32,889 bases of DNA from the IMG/VR virus record IMGVR_UViG_3300002092_000022, positions 1-32,889 of that record, one strand, 5' to 3'. Made by a program: the position numbers and the translations under genes. Shown in pieces: positions 1-8,645 of the stretch. The first letter of the stretch is position 1. Every line of letters starts with the position of its first letter. The notes under the pieces are model-generated. The model saw nothing but the letters and a program-made list of their open reading frames with translations. It searched no databases and had not been told where the DNA came from. Origin of the DNA: a virus.

Positions 1-101
1 CGCAAGCCATGCCAACTGGGTTCATTGTTCCGCCAGGGTTGCTTCCAAGTGTTATAGCAGTAAACGATGTTCCACTATTAGTTGATTTATCTACCACGCC
101 A
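1..101. repeat. Terminal direct repeat, copy 1. Identical to 32789-32889, so it is either a circular-assembly overlap or terminal redundancy.
   Basis: Read directly: the 101-nt string CGCAAGCCATGCCAACTGGG...TTATCTACCACGCCA occurs at both window ends. Confidence 0.95.
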
Positions 102-511
102 TTTACCTCGCCAATATATCTTACGAAGAATATTTTTGTGCCATCTGAAGAGCATGCAACATAAAGACGAACCGCAGGCGTTAAGGCAGATAATGGGTTC
201 CATGTAACACCATAGTTAGTTGATCGCGTTGGTGTTCCACTTGCTACTGGAGTTGCTACTACATACTGGCCTGTGGAGTCGCAAACAATGTCTGACCAAG
301 TGCTTGGGCCAATACCAGTCTGTTGCGTCCAAGTAATGCCCCAGTCATTAGATGAATAAACGTAATCCGATGCGGAAGATGTTATTGCGTAGTAATACTG
401 TCCAGTGGAGTCGCAAATAATCTTGCGCCAGTTTTTGGACGGTGATCCTGCTTGAAGTTTCCAGCCAGCAGCGATTAGTGCGGAAGCCCATGCTCCTAGT
501 AGGACGGCCAT
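1..511 (-). CDS. Tail fibre / receptor-binding candidate with Asp-box (BNR)-like repeats, N-terminal part. Continues across the junction into 32319..32788, 326 aa in total.
   Basis: ATG at 511-509 overlaps the upstream TAA (TAATG). I translated 511->1 by hand (MAVLLGAWASALIAAGWKLQAGSPSKNWRKIICDSTGQYYY...) and found no stop. The frame matches the ORF at 32319..32885. Not in the ORF track because it runs off the window edge. Confidence 0.85.
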   Translation of the reverse strand, partial: MAVLLGAWASALIAAGWKLQAGSPSKNWRKIICDSTGQYYYAITSSASDYVYSSNDWGITWTQQTGIGPSTWSDIVCDSTGQYVVATPVASGTPTRSTNYGVTWNPLSALTPAVRLYVACSSDGTKIFFVRYIGEVNGVVDKSTNSGTSFTAITLGSNPGGTMNPVGMAC

Positions 512-2634
512 TATGCGCTCAAGTTTCCGACAAGTGTCCAAGCATCAGCGCCACGGTATACGAGGCTTGCTACTGCTCCAGGTCCTGCCAGTTTGAGTCC
601 AGGATAAGCATTTATTGTCACGCCACCCGCTGCAACGAATGCGTAAACACCAGCGGCTCCTGCTGTCATCTGGAAGTGAATCTGCGCGCCAATACGGAAT
701 GGAACAGTCGCGTTGGTTGGGACGGTTACCGTGAATGGACCAACGGTTCCAGTTAGGGGAACCAATGCATCTTCTACTGTTGAGTTGAGAGTATATGAAC
801 CAGTGACGTTATTTGATATTGCTTTAATACCGTTGACGCTTGCGGCTGAAGCAGCTGCGGGTGCTGTTGCGACGTTCATAACACCAGTCTGAGCAGCAAC
901 AATTCCGCTCTTAGATGGAGCGATGATAGATTTCGTTCTTAAGCGGTTTAGTTGAGCCTGCATCGCTGACCATTCAAGATCTCGCGTGCTAACTGAGAGG
1001 GTTACCGTTGGATCCGTGGTTAGCGACCACTCGACTCGAGAAACAATAAGCGAGAGATCTTGTCCCCACTTCTTCTTGTAGGCGATCGTGTCACCTGGAG
1101 CGATATCCCATCGTGCATATTCTTGAGGGCATACCGTTAGGACGAGATCGCCTTCTATTGGGCGGACGGAATCCCGGTTAACCGCAGCAGTTGCCGCGAT
1201 TACTGCTTGAGAAATACTCACGCCATCGCCGAAGTCTTGGTAATCATCGATCACTCTGACTGAAGCCTTGTAGGCAGGGTTAGGTCCGATATCTTTACCA
1301 TATGAGTTGAATAATCTTGGTTGTGTTGCTGTATTAGCAGCAAGGGGAGCCTGGTAATACCCAGCGGTGCAGTCGCGTTGTCCCATTAACTTTGACCAGA
1401 ACTTTGCATCGACTACGCCGGTTACCTTCTGTCCCCAGATTGCTTGTTGTGCGCTAACTGCCTTAGTTGTTTGAGCATCAAATGTTTTATAGGCAACGCT
1501 TCCAGGTGTGGAAGAAGCAGATACGATCGTATAGTTATATGGAGATGCGACTAACTTTGCTTTTAGCACTCCGCCTATTGCAGTAACACCTCCAGAGTAA
1601 AGAAATAATTGATCGTCCGTAGCGTTTTCTGCGAAGCCACCGAATGGGTCATCCAATGGGAACCTGTAAGCCGTCGCGCTTGATAGTGGATACATTGTGT
1701 TACGCCAAGCGAAGCCACCTTTAGTAGTGCCTTGACCATAGATTGTTGTGATGCCGTTACTTGTGTCCTTGATTAGGTTATCGACGACGCCATCTTGACC
1801 TGCGATCAACGTGTGAGTTTTTGCTCCAGGGATCGCATTAGTTCTCACGATGGAAGGGATCGCATTCATATTAACCCAGATAGTCCAAGCAGCGTTGCTG
1901 GTGCTCTCACTCATTGTTAAGCAAGACTTTAAGTACGAGACGATATCTTCGCCGCCTCCATCTTTCTGAGCATATTGTCCAACGGCTACAGGTTTACAAG
2001 AAGATAGTCCAACGCGAGCCTTGTTCATCCTTGCTGCCATAACATAACCGAGGTCTTGGTATGGAACCGATTGCGTTCCACCTGCTGCAGGAAGTGCTTT
2101 AACTGTTGATAGTTCATAAAATAATCCTTGGCCACTAATAACTATTCCGAGGCCATCACTATTAGGTGCGAAGTTATTTATCTTGCCGAGCCAGATTGCT
2201 GATGCAACACCAGAACTGTCGATCTTCTCAACGCGGATTGGTGCGCTCTCTGTTAACCAAGTGAGATCGTTGTATCCAGGACGGTCGTAGATTGTTAATG
2301 CTGGGATGGTTAATTCAATGCTCTCACTGTTACCGAGACGATTCCAAGCGATTGAAGTAATAACGATTGGAGCTGATCGGTAGTAACTAATATCTGTGCC
2401 ACCTATGAATACGCGAGGGTGTCCCCAGGTTGCGATGGTCTCCGAGGTCATAACGAGCTTATCGTTAGCAGGGCGACCAGCTGTGATAGTTGGTGAAGTG
2501 TAGACAGGGCTAACGCGCATCAAGTCAGATATCGCGGATGGACTAAGTATTGGACCGCGTGAAGATGCGACTACTTTTGTCTTGTGCTTGCTTTTAGCAG
2601 AGTGTCCGCGTGCATTGGTTGTTACTGATGCCAT
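511..2634 (-). CDS. Large tail/baseplate protein (minor tail protein in the Tal-like position).
   Basis: 707-aa ORF downstream of the tape measure and two small tail genes. Translationally coupled to the fibre gene. No catalytic motif recognised. Confidence 0.75.
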   Translation of the reverse strand: MASVTTNARGHSAKSKHKTKVVASSRGPILSPSAISDLMRVSPVYTSPTITAGRPANDKLVMTSETIATWGHPRVFIGGTDISYYRSAPIVITSIAWNRLGNSESIELTIPALTIYDRPGYNDLTWLTESAPIRVEKIDSSGVASAIWLGKINNFAPNSDGLGIVISGQGLFYELSTVKALPAAGGTQSVPYQDLGYVMAARMNKARVGLSSCKPVAVGQYAQKDGGGEDIVSYLKSCLTMSESTSNAAWTIWVNMNAIPSIVRTNAIPGAKTHTLIAGQDGVVDNLIKDTSNGITTIYGQGTTKGGFAWRNTMYPLSSATAYRFPLDDPFGGFAENATDDQLFLYSGGVTAIGGVLKAKLVASPYNYTIVSASSTPGSVAYKTFDAQTTKAVSAQQAIWGQKVTGVVDAKFWSKLMGQRDCTAGYYQAPLAANTATQPRLFNSYGKDIGPNPAYKASVRVIDDYQDFGDGVSISQAVIAATAAVNRDSVRPIEGDLVLTVCPQEYARWDIAPGDTIAYKKKWGQDLSLIVSRVEWSLTTDPTVTLSVSTRDLEWSAMQAQLNRLRTKSIIAPSKSGIVAAQTGVMNVATAPAAASAASVNGIKAISNNVTGSYTLNSTVEDALVPLTGTVGPFTVTVPTNATVPFRIGAQIHFQMTAGAAGVYAFVAAGGVTINAYPGLKLAGPGAVASLVYRGADAWTLVGNLSA

Positions 2635-2646
2635 TTGCGAACCTCC

Positions 2647-3075
2647 TTATAGCTCGTGTGATAGAACAAGTCCGCCGATTGGAATTGTTAATGCTGTTCC
2701 GCCGTTGAGAACATCTTGTGCTACATCAAGCTCGAAGAGTGCTCTGACTTGTGTTCCAGTTGAATCGAATAGGACGAGGTATTGCAACCCTGTTCCCCAG
2801 TCGGCAGTTGGTGCTGGGAATGTGATTGCGGAAGTGTTTGCCTTGAGTCTCGATGCTGCGGAACCCCATGAAGCCACTGGAACACTCACGCGAGCGTATG
2901 AGCCTCCTGATACTTCGGTGAAGGTTCCGGCTGTTAATCCTTTTGTAGAGCCAGCAACTACGGTGTCATCAAGTGTTGCTTCTGTTGTGGAGATAGCAAG
3001 TTGACAGGTTCCCCAAGCGGTTACCTTTGCATCTAGGGACGCGTTTTCGTCCATGCCTGTAAATCCGGTTGCCAT
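2647..3075 (-). CDS. Small tail-associated protein, function unknown.
   Basis: 142-aa ORF in the tail module, tightly packed with its neighbours. Confidence 0.6.
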   Translation of the reverse strand: MATGFTGMDENASLDAKVTAWGTCQLAISTTEATLDDTVVAGSTKGLTAGTFTEVSGGSYARVSVPVASWGSAASRLKANTSAITFPAPTADWGTGLQYLVLFDSTGTQVRALFELDVAQDVLNGGTALTIPIGGLVLSHEL

Positions 3076-3085
3076 TTGGTTCTCC

Positions 3086-3541
3086 TTAGCCGATCGATGG
3101 ATCGCGCGGAATAGTGATGGTTACTTGCGTCCAACCGTTTGCGTGCATATCTGGATCAATGCCACCAGCTTGGATATCTATATCACCAGCACCGTTAGCA
3201 GTGAAGGAATATGAATCGCCGTCCCAGTTGATTGTTAGCGTGTAACGCAGTTGAGAGATAGCAGTAGCGATCGTCTGAATCTTTGCCTTTAATCCTGCAG
3301 GTGTTGATGCCCAGATGTATACATCGAATACCTCGGTTACTGATTGAAGGCGTTGACCTACTACTCGATCGCCATTTACCCATGCACTAGGTGAAGCGTT
3401 GTAGTGCTGCCAGTGTTGGCCGCCGGTTACCCAGTTATCCGTAACGTAGTAGCCAGCAGTTGAATCATTGAGGTTGAGGTCTGCGAGTGATAACCCAGCA
3501 CGTCCGATAGTGACTTGTCTGCTACTCACTTTAGCCTCCAA
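3086..3541 (-). CDS. Tail protein in the distal-tail-protein position (unconfirmed).
   Basis: 151-aa ORF immediately after the tape measure, overlapping it by 11 nt. Confidence 0.55.
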   Translation of the reverse strand: MEAKVSSRQVTIGRAGLSLADLNLNDSTAGYYVTDNWVTGGQHWQHYNASPSAWVNGDRVVGQRLQSVTEVFDVYIWASTPAGLKAKIQTIATAISQLRYTLTINWDGDSYSFTANGAGDIDIQAGGIDPDMHANGWTQVTITIPRDPSIG

Positions 3542-5477
3542 CTACTGCGAGGGTGCGTTGCTTGCGTAACGCTTCCTTTTGGACTTGAGCAACAGTGAGA
3601 CCCTGTGCCTGAACGTTGATCGTTGTGTAGGAAGTTGCGCCGCCTACTGGTCCACCGAGTGGTGAAGCAGTTACTGGCTTAGGTGTTGACATATTTGGAA
3701 CCTGTGTATCGATCTTGATACCCATGTGACCGAGGATCCCCTTGAGGAATGGAATCTTGCCGAGCGCACCAGTAACAATGCCACCGACCTTAGACAATGC
3801 TTCCTCGATACCCTTGGTGAAGAAGCTCCAAGTATTCTTGCCGATATCGAATAACTTGCTACCAAATCCGCTGAGCATCTTCCAGAATCCACTGAAGAAC
3901 TTGCCAACAGTTTCTCCTACAGCATTTACGCCATCACCGAAGGCATTGAAGCCAGCACTAATCAAGTGAATAGCACCGCCAATAAGTTTGCCAGCAGTTT
4001 TAACGATACCGATTACTGCATTGAATACAGTAGAAGCTGCGTTCTTAATCGTGTTCCAGTGCTTGACTACTTCGTAAACCATGATCCCGATGGGACCAGT
4101 TAATCCGATTAGGATCATCTTTCCCCAGCGCTTGAATGCACCTACTAAACCGTCGAATATAGTAACGGCAACAGTCTTGATGCCTTTCCAAATTGCGTTG
4201 ACGCCATCGTGGAACCACTTAATATGCTTGTATGCGAGAACGAATGCGGCAGTTAAGGCAACTGTTCCAGCGATAATCAAGAAGATTGGGTTAGCTAGCA
4301 TCGTGAAGTTAAGTGCTGCGAATGCTGATGTTGCACCTTCTGCTGCGACGGTACCAGCGACTTCTGCCTCGCCTTGAGCTATAGCTGCGGCAGCTGCTGC
4401 AACATGTCGTGCCTTGATTATTCCTAGGACTGCACCAAATCCACTCATAACTGGACCGGCTGCGGTAATAGCAGGACCGAACTTCTGTCCAAATGCTGCT
4501 GTTGCATCAAGTGCTTTAGTCTTTAAGATATCGAACTGGGAACCTAAGTTATTTACGGATGCCTTAGCTTGACCATCTATTTTCTTACTTAATTGATCGA
4601 TTACGTCCTTTTGTGCTTTACCAGCATTAGCGGCATCAGCATGTGCTTGCGCTAATTTTTGGTCAGAAAGATTAAGGTTAGTTTGAGCAGAAACTATCTT
4701 CTGCTGGGCTATCGCTAATCTGTCATTATCAGCGATAGTAACTTTCTTTTTAACAGATAACTGATCTTGCAAGAGTTTATATTTACCTTCGGCACTTGCT
4801 ACTTGATTTACGGCAACCTCATGTGCCCTTGTAGCCTTAGTTAAATCAACCGCTGCATTAGTTGCTTTAGGCATAGTAATTCCATATTGAGCGAGAGTAC
4901 GAGCACCTTTACCACTCATGATCTTGTCTACCATACCTGCGGCGTCTGCAAGAGAAACGTGCTGAGCTGCAGCAAGGTTTGCTACTAGTCCCATATTTGC
5001 TAAAGCTTTAGAAGGATCCCCTGTTGCTTGGGTCATCTTTTGAAGAGCTGCCTTTGTATCTTCAGCAGAGTGATTATAGTTTTCTTGAGTCTTTACAGCC
5101 TTCTCGAACTTATCTTTATATTCTTCAACGCTATGACCTGAGTCAATTACTGCTTGGTTAAGTTGATCTGTGGCTTGCTTTTCCTTGGCTCCCATTGCAG
5201 TGAGTCCAACACCAACGCCAGTTAAGATCCCGCCTATTGCTTCTAACTTCTTACCTTTTTCGCCAAGCTTTTCGAAACCATCGCCTACTTCACTTATAAC
5301 GTTTCCGAGTTCTCCGCCAATAGTTGAACCTAGTTTAGAGAACGCTCCAGCAATACCTTTAGATATCCCTCCGCTTTCGGAACCAAACTTCTTCATTGCA
5401 TTGCTTGCTGCTTCTAATCCATCATTGTGATAATTAAATTTAACGCTTAAAGCAGGTAACGCTGTCTCGTTTGACAT
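3531..5477 (-). CDS. Tape measure protein.
   Basis: 648 aa, Ala/Gly/Lys-rich. The N-terminal half looks coiled-coil and the C-terminal half has hydrophobic glycine-zipper segments. Follows the chaperone pair. AGGAGG lies 5 nt upstream of the ATG. Confidence 0.85.
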   Translation of the reverse strand: MSNETALPALSVKFNYHNDGLEAASNAMKKFGSESGGISKGIAGAFSKLGSTIGGELGNVISEVGDGFEKLGEKGKKLEAIGGILTGVGVGLTAMGAKEKQATDQLNQAVIDSGHSVEEYKDKFEKAVKTQENYNHSAEDTKAALQKMTQATGDPSKALANMGLVANLAAAQHVSLADAAGMVDKIMSGKGARTLAQYGITMPKATNAAVDLTKATRAHEVAVNQVASAEGKYKLLQDQLSVKKKVTIADNDRLAIAQQKIVSAQTNLNLSDQKLAQAHADAANAGKAQKDVIDQLSKKIDGQAKASVNNLGSQFDILKTKALDATAAFGQKFGPAITAAGPVMSGFGAVLGIIKARHVAAAAAAIAQGEAEVAGTVAAEGATSAFAALNFTMLANPIFLIIAGTVALTAAFVLAYKHIKWFHDGVNAIWKGIKTVAVTIFDGLVGAFKRWGKMILIGLTGPIGIMVYEVVKHWNTIKNAASTVFNAVIGIVKTAGKLIGGAIHLISAGFNAFGDGVNAVGETVGKFFSGFWKMLSGFGSKLFDIGKNTWSFFTKGIEEALSKVGGIVTGALGKIPFLKGILGHMGIKIDTQVPNMSTPKPVTASPLGGPVGGATSYTTINVQAQGLTVAQVQKEALRKQRTLAVVGG

Positions 5478-5487
5478 AGTTCCTCCT

Positions 5488-6089
5488 TTAATTCGTTGCT
5501 GCTAGTGGCATACGTTTAAACATTTCAATATCTTCCGCAGTTAATGGTGTTGCCTTAAGAGATTGTGATTTCCCTGACTGCGAATCATCTGGATTATTTA
5601 TTTCTATATGAATATTAAGCAAGTGGTTAACTTGTGCTGGTGTCATCTTCCAGAATTCTTTATCAGATCTTCCAAATGTGACTGTTGCTATGTAGTAGAA
5701 CTTATCCCAGGGGATTAGTTCGTTTCTGCCGGGGTTTCCCCGGCTTCCGCTTCCCCCGAGGTATCCTCAAAGGAACCGAAGGCTTCCTGAAAAGCTTCGG
5801 TAAAAGCAAAAAGATATTCAGATGTACGTTTTGGATCTAGTAATTCCGCAAACGCATCTACAGTCTTGTTTCTCTTAGTTCCCGCCCAAATAGCGAATAG
5901 AACATTCGAGAACATCGCACCTTTATCTTTTTTATCGAACTCATCTTGCAGTGCACCTAATGAACCGTATTCTTTTTCGATTGCTTTCAGTGCTGGGAAA
6001 CCATATCGAATTATTTCAATGCTTCCGTCCGCGAGAGTGATCTCGCGGCCGGAAGCTGCTATTTCTTCACGAACATTTTGCTTAGACAT
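5488..6089 (-). CDS. Tail assembly chaperone, putative -1 frameshift (GT-like) product.
   Basis: The -1 frame is open from at least 5742 to the TAA at 5490-5488 (...RGNPGRNELIPWDKFYYIATVTFGRSDKEFWKMTPAQVNHLL...) and has no start codon of its own. A GGGGAAACCCC run (5731-5741, minus sense) lies just before the frame-0 stop. Confidence 0.55.
5715..6089 (-). CDS. Tail assembly chaperone, short (G-like) product.
   Basis: 124 aa with an acidic C-terminus, located between the major tail protein and the tape measure. Confidence 0.75.
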   Translation of the reverse strand: MSKQNVREEIAASGREITLADGSIEIIRYGFPALKAIEKEYGSLGALQDEFDKKDKGAMFSNVLFAIWAGTKRNKTVDAFAELLDPKRTSEYLFAFTEAFQEAFGSFEDTSGEAEAGETPAETN

Positions 6090-6131
6090 TTACTACTCCT
6101 AGGGGTTGTTGGGTTTTTATCTTTTTACTGA

Positions 6132-6680
6132 TTAGGAGAGCGTGATTGCTGTGCTGTGGTATCCGCCATCGATCCAGCCTGTGGTTCCAACTGGCTTAAC
6201 AGCGCGACCCTTCAATGTGAAAGGTTGGAAGTCTTCCTCAGTGAAACCGATAGAAGGAAGCTCAGTAATCTTGCACTTGTTAAGAGTGATTGAGTTATTT
6301 GAGCCGTTAACTTCAGAAACCAAGCTGATACCTTCAATGTTGAACCAAGCAGCATTAGCTGGGCCACCAAGTGACCAGTTGTAGTCAGTGCCGGTTCCGG
6401 CAGTGTTAACAGCACCAGTAACGAGAGCGAAGATGTTTGGATCGAACTTAACTACATCAAGTTCCCAAGTGACATCCTTGAGGATTGAGAATAGGTCGTA
6501 GACCGTGTAGTTAGCCTTCAGTTCCTTGACATCGTAAGTTCCGGAGATCTTAAGATTCTTGGCACCAGGAAGGTGGATTGAGGTTCCGTAGGTCGCAGCG
6601 GCACCAGCGACGTCGGTTGAGAGTGGGCTGACTGTGACGTCTGCCAAGGCGAAGCTTTTGATTGCGATCTGGGTAGTCAT
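6132..6680 (-). CDS. Major tail protein.
   Basis: 182 aa, in the position upstream of the chaperones. Preceded by a copy of the late motif at 6711-6733. Confidence 0.7.
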   Translation of the reverse strand: MTTQIAIKSFALADVTVSPLSTDVAGAAATYGTSIHLPGAKNLKISGTYDVKELKANYTVYDLFSILKDVTWELDVVKFDPNIFALVTGAVNTAGTGTDYNWSLGGPANAAWFNIEGISLVSEVNGSNNSITLNKCKITELPSIGFTEEDFQPFTLKGRAVKPVGTTGWIDGGYHSTAITLS

Positions 6681-6710
6681 GGCGGTCCTTTTTGTTAGTT
6701 GGTCTATTAG

Positions 6711-6733
6711 TAATAGTGCGGGCTAGCGTCCCC
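6711..6733 (-). promoter_or_regulatory. Motif ii, copy a: GGGGACGCTAGCCCGCACTATTA.
   Basis: 30 nt upstream of the major tail protein ATG. Confidence 0.55.
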
Positions 6734-6746
6734 TTGGGATAAGGGT

Positions 6747-7145
6747 TTAAGCGGGTGAACGTGTGATTGTGAGCGTGTATAGCGTGCGAGTTATTCCCTC
6801 ATCGTTAACCTCACCAGCAACGGGATTTGTTGTGCGGCTAACTACTGAGCATCGGTAGACCTGTCCTGCTGCTACCGAAAGTGATTTGCGATGAAGTGCT
6901 TTATGGACTGCATCTGGGAGTCCAACGTCTTCACCCGTATTGGTATAAAGGTCAACCTGGCAGGTCTCTGTAAGAATTAAATCACCGGGTATATCAAGTC
7001 GAGTCGATACGTCTAAACCGTCGTATACAACTAAGACTGGCGCAATATTTGCTGGAGCTTCAATACGGTAGACGGGGAGCGTTGGGATGCTTGTAGCCAG
7101 GGAAGCCTTGATGGCACCGGCGATCGTTGCTGGGAGCGTTGTCAC
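6747..7145 (-). CDS. Tail terminator / tail completion protein (called by position only).
   Basis: 132 aa, ATGA overlap with the upstream gene, lies between the gp10-like gene and the major tail gene. Confidence 0.5.
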   Translation of the reverse strand: MTTLPATIAGAIKASLATSIPTLPVYRIEAPANIAPVLVVYDGLDVSTRLDIPGDLILTETCQVDLYTNTGEDVGLPDAVHKALHRKSLSVAAGQVYRCSVVSRTTNPVAGEVNDEGITRTLYTLTITRSPA

Positions 7146-7588
7146 TTTATTCCCTTCAACTTTTTAAGAAACTTTGGAACCTGATGTGTAATAGCTGGAC
7201 GTAGCATTGGTTGCGGACGTGTTCCAGGATGCCTGACCTTCTTGCCGAAGATTTCTCCTGTGCGCCTATTTGCTAAGACCTTCGCGTTCTTTGCAACTAT
7301 GTCGTGTGGCTTGGTTCCGTATTCGATATCTGCTGCATATGGAACATTATTGGATACCTCTACCCAGCCGCCCTTATTAGTGCGACCTTGGCGAATCTTC
7401 CAACCAGCGCGTAATACGCCAGTCTTAACCGGAGTTAATGAGAGTGCTTCGTTACGAATCTCGTAACCAAGCTTGACTACTTCGTCGAATGCTTTTTCTT
7501 CTAATCGCTCAAGATGTTTGCTTACGGCTTCCATAAACGGATTTATGTCGAAAACTTCAAAATCTCTTTGTGGACCGATATTTGCCAT
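7142..7588 (-). CDS. HK97 gp10-like head-tail joining / tail component protein.
   Basis: 148 aa. The TPVKTGVLRAGWKI motif is typical of the HK97-gp10 family. Confidence 0.7.
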   Translation of the reverse strand: MANIGPQRDFEVFDINPFMEAVSKHLERLEEKAFDEVVKLGYEIRNEALSLTPVKTGVLRAGWKIRQGRTNKGGWVEVSNNVPYAADIEYGTKPHDIVAKNAKVLANRRTGEIFGKKVRHPGTRPQPMLRPAITHQVPKFLKKLKGIK

Positions 7589-7914
7589 TAGCGTCCCCAG
7601 ACTGCGAGCTGAATCCTTTTGGTTAGTGCTAACTCATATACGCCGATTACTGCCCAGTCGCGGCCGTTGATAGTTAACTTGTCGCCTATTTGGACATCCG
7701 GGTTAGCCATCGTTGATATTGCGGCATCTACTCTTTGACCGGCAGCACCTGCTACTTCTTGACGGCTAGCCTTTGGGACACCGAAGCCACCGTAGAACTC
7801 TCCAACGTTGACCCATGTGTGCGACATACTGCCTTCTAGGTCTACACCGGATTCCCTGCGTTGAATCATCGCGTGATGCGAGGTAAGCGAGGGGAGCGTA
7901 AACATTAGTACCAC
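7588..7914 (-). CDS. Head closure / head-tail joining protein (SPP1 gp16-like).
   Basis: 108 aa. Position and the C-terminal pattern (DKLTINGRDWAVIGV) fit the head-tail joining family. Confidence 0.65.
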   Translation of the reverse strand: MVLMFTLPSLTSHHAMIQRRESGVDLEGSMSHTWVNVGEFYGGFGVPKASRQEVAGAAGQRVDAAISTMANPDVQIGDKLTINGRDWAVIGVYELALTKRIQLAVWGR

Positions 7915-8570
7915 CTGCTCCTTGGTTGACGCCTGTATGGAGCGATCAATCGATCGATTACTGCATAACCTGTTCCGTGTATTTCTGAAGTCAATGGTTG
8001 AGCTGGTTGAGAAGCAAAGGTTGCCGAGTAACCCTCTACAGATATTGCTTGGACTCCATCTGGTCTAACTGTTAAACCGGCACCAGCGGCTGTTGGTATT
8101 GCTTGACCTGTGTTAATCAGGAAGGCACCTGCGAGCATTGCTGTTGCTTGCTTAATTCCTATTGGAGTTGATTCGGTTCCAAGGTCTGCCGTTACTACTA
8201 AAGTGATTCCGCCTGTTTGATATTTTCCTAGTCTCCAGGGTTCCATTCCAACGATAAGAATGTTCCATTGACGATAAGGCGTGATGCGGATACTTCCAAG
8301 CTTTCCTGTCGTGATCTTCATTGCTTGAGCTGGGATCGTTACCCCGGTCAACCTATCGGCTACTGATGTAACTGCTCGGGTTGTTGCGGGCATATAGGCA
8401 ACGCCTGCTTTATTTGTGAAGATTTCTACTGTTGAAGCATTGTGTGGCTCGAAGAAGTCTTGCGCGATCATTTCTATCTGTGATTGAGCGTGAATGATTG
8501 CGTCTGCTACAGATACACCTTCATGCGGTGTTGCGTAGATTAGTACGTCTGACTCTGCACAGTAACTCAT
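7905..8570 (-). CDS. Head-tail connector/adaptor protein (putative).
   Basis: First gene after the capsid terminator. I prefer the second ATG (8570, MSYCAESD...) because GGGGA lies 4 nt upstream of it. Confidence 0.55.
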   Translation of the reverse strand: MSYCAESDVLIYATPHEGVSVADAIIHAQSQIEMIAQDFFEPHNASTVEIFTNKAGVAYMPATTRAVTSVADRLTGVTIPAQAMKITTGKLGSIRITPYRQWNILIVGMEPWRLGKYQTGGITLVVTADLGTESTPIGIKQATAMLAGAFLINTGQAIPTAAGAGLTVRPDGVQAISVEGYSATFASQPAQPLTSEIHGTGYAVIDRLIAPYRRQPRSRWY

Positions 8571-8586
8571 CGTTCCCCATTTCATT

Positions 8587-8622
8587 TATAAAAATGGGGG
8601 TGGGTTTTATTCCACCCCCATT
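8587..8622 (-). terminator. Rho-independent terminator after the capsid gene.
   Basis: 11-bp stem AATGGGGGTGG/CCACCCCCATT with an 8-nt loop, followed by TTTTTAT on the minus strand. Confidence 0.8.
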
Positions 8623-8645
8623 AGGACTAACTGGTTATCGACCTA

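Noticed and set aside
442-756. Plus-strand ORFs lying antisense to long minus-strand genes. Examples: 442-756, 2582-3004, 3742-3969, 4081-4377, 5170-5430, 5866-6102, 6142-6384, 7242-7466, 7473-7670, 8880-9077, 9189-9383, 9475-9756, 11277-11572, 11997-12335, 12402-12614, 13263-13520, 15217-15522, 16590-16775, 18567-18776, 18980-19294, 20008-20369, 21765-21965, 22142-22384, 23188-23493, 23942-24133, 28917-29249, 29472-30089.
   Set aside because: Each is fully or largely embedded opposite a well-supported gene with recognisable motifs. They lack convincing ribosome-binding sites and have low-complexity or Pro/Ser/Cys-rich shadow-frame composition.
3195-3383. Same-strand nested or out-of-frame minus-strand ORFs: 3195-3383, 3671-3907, 6212-6415, 12409-12672, 16330-16521, 17151-17339, 17703-17906, 18870-19163, 25988-26272, 32612-32803.
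   Set aside because: They are alternative frames inside stronger genes, with no independent start signals. 17151-17339 additionally spans the lysin promoter region.
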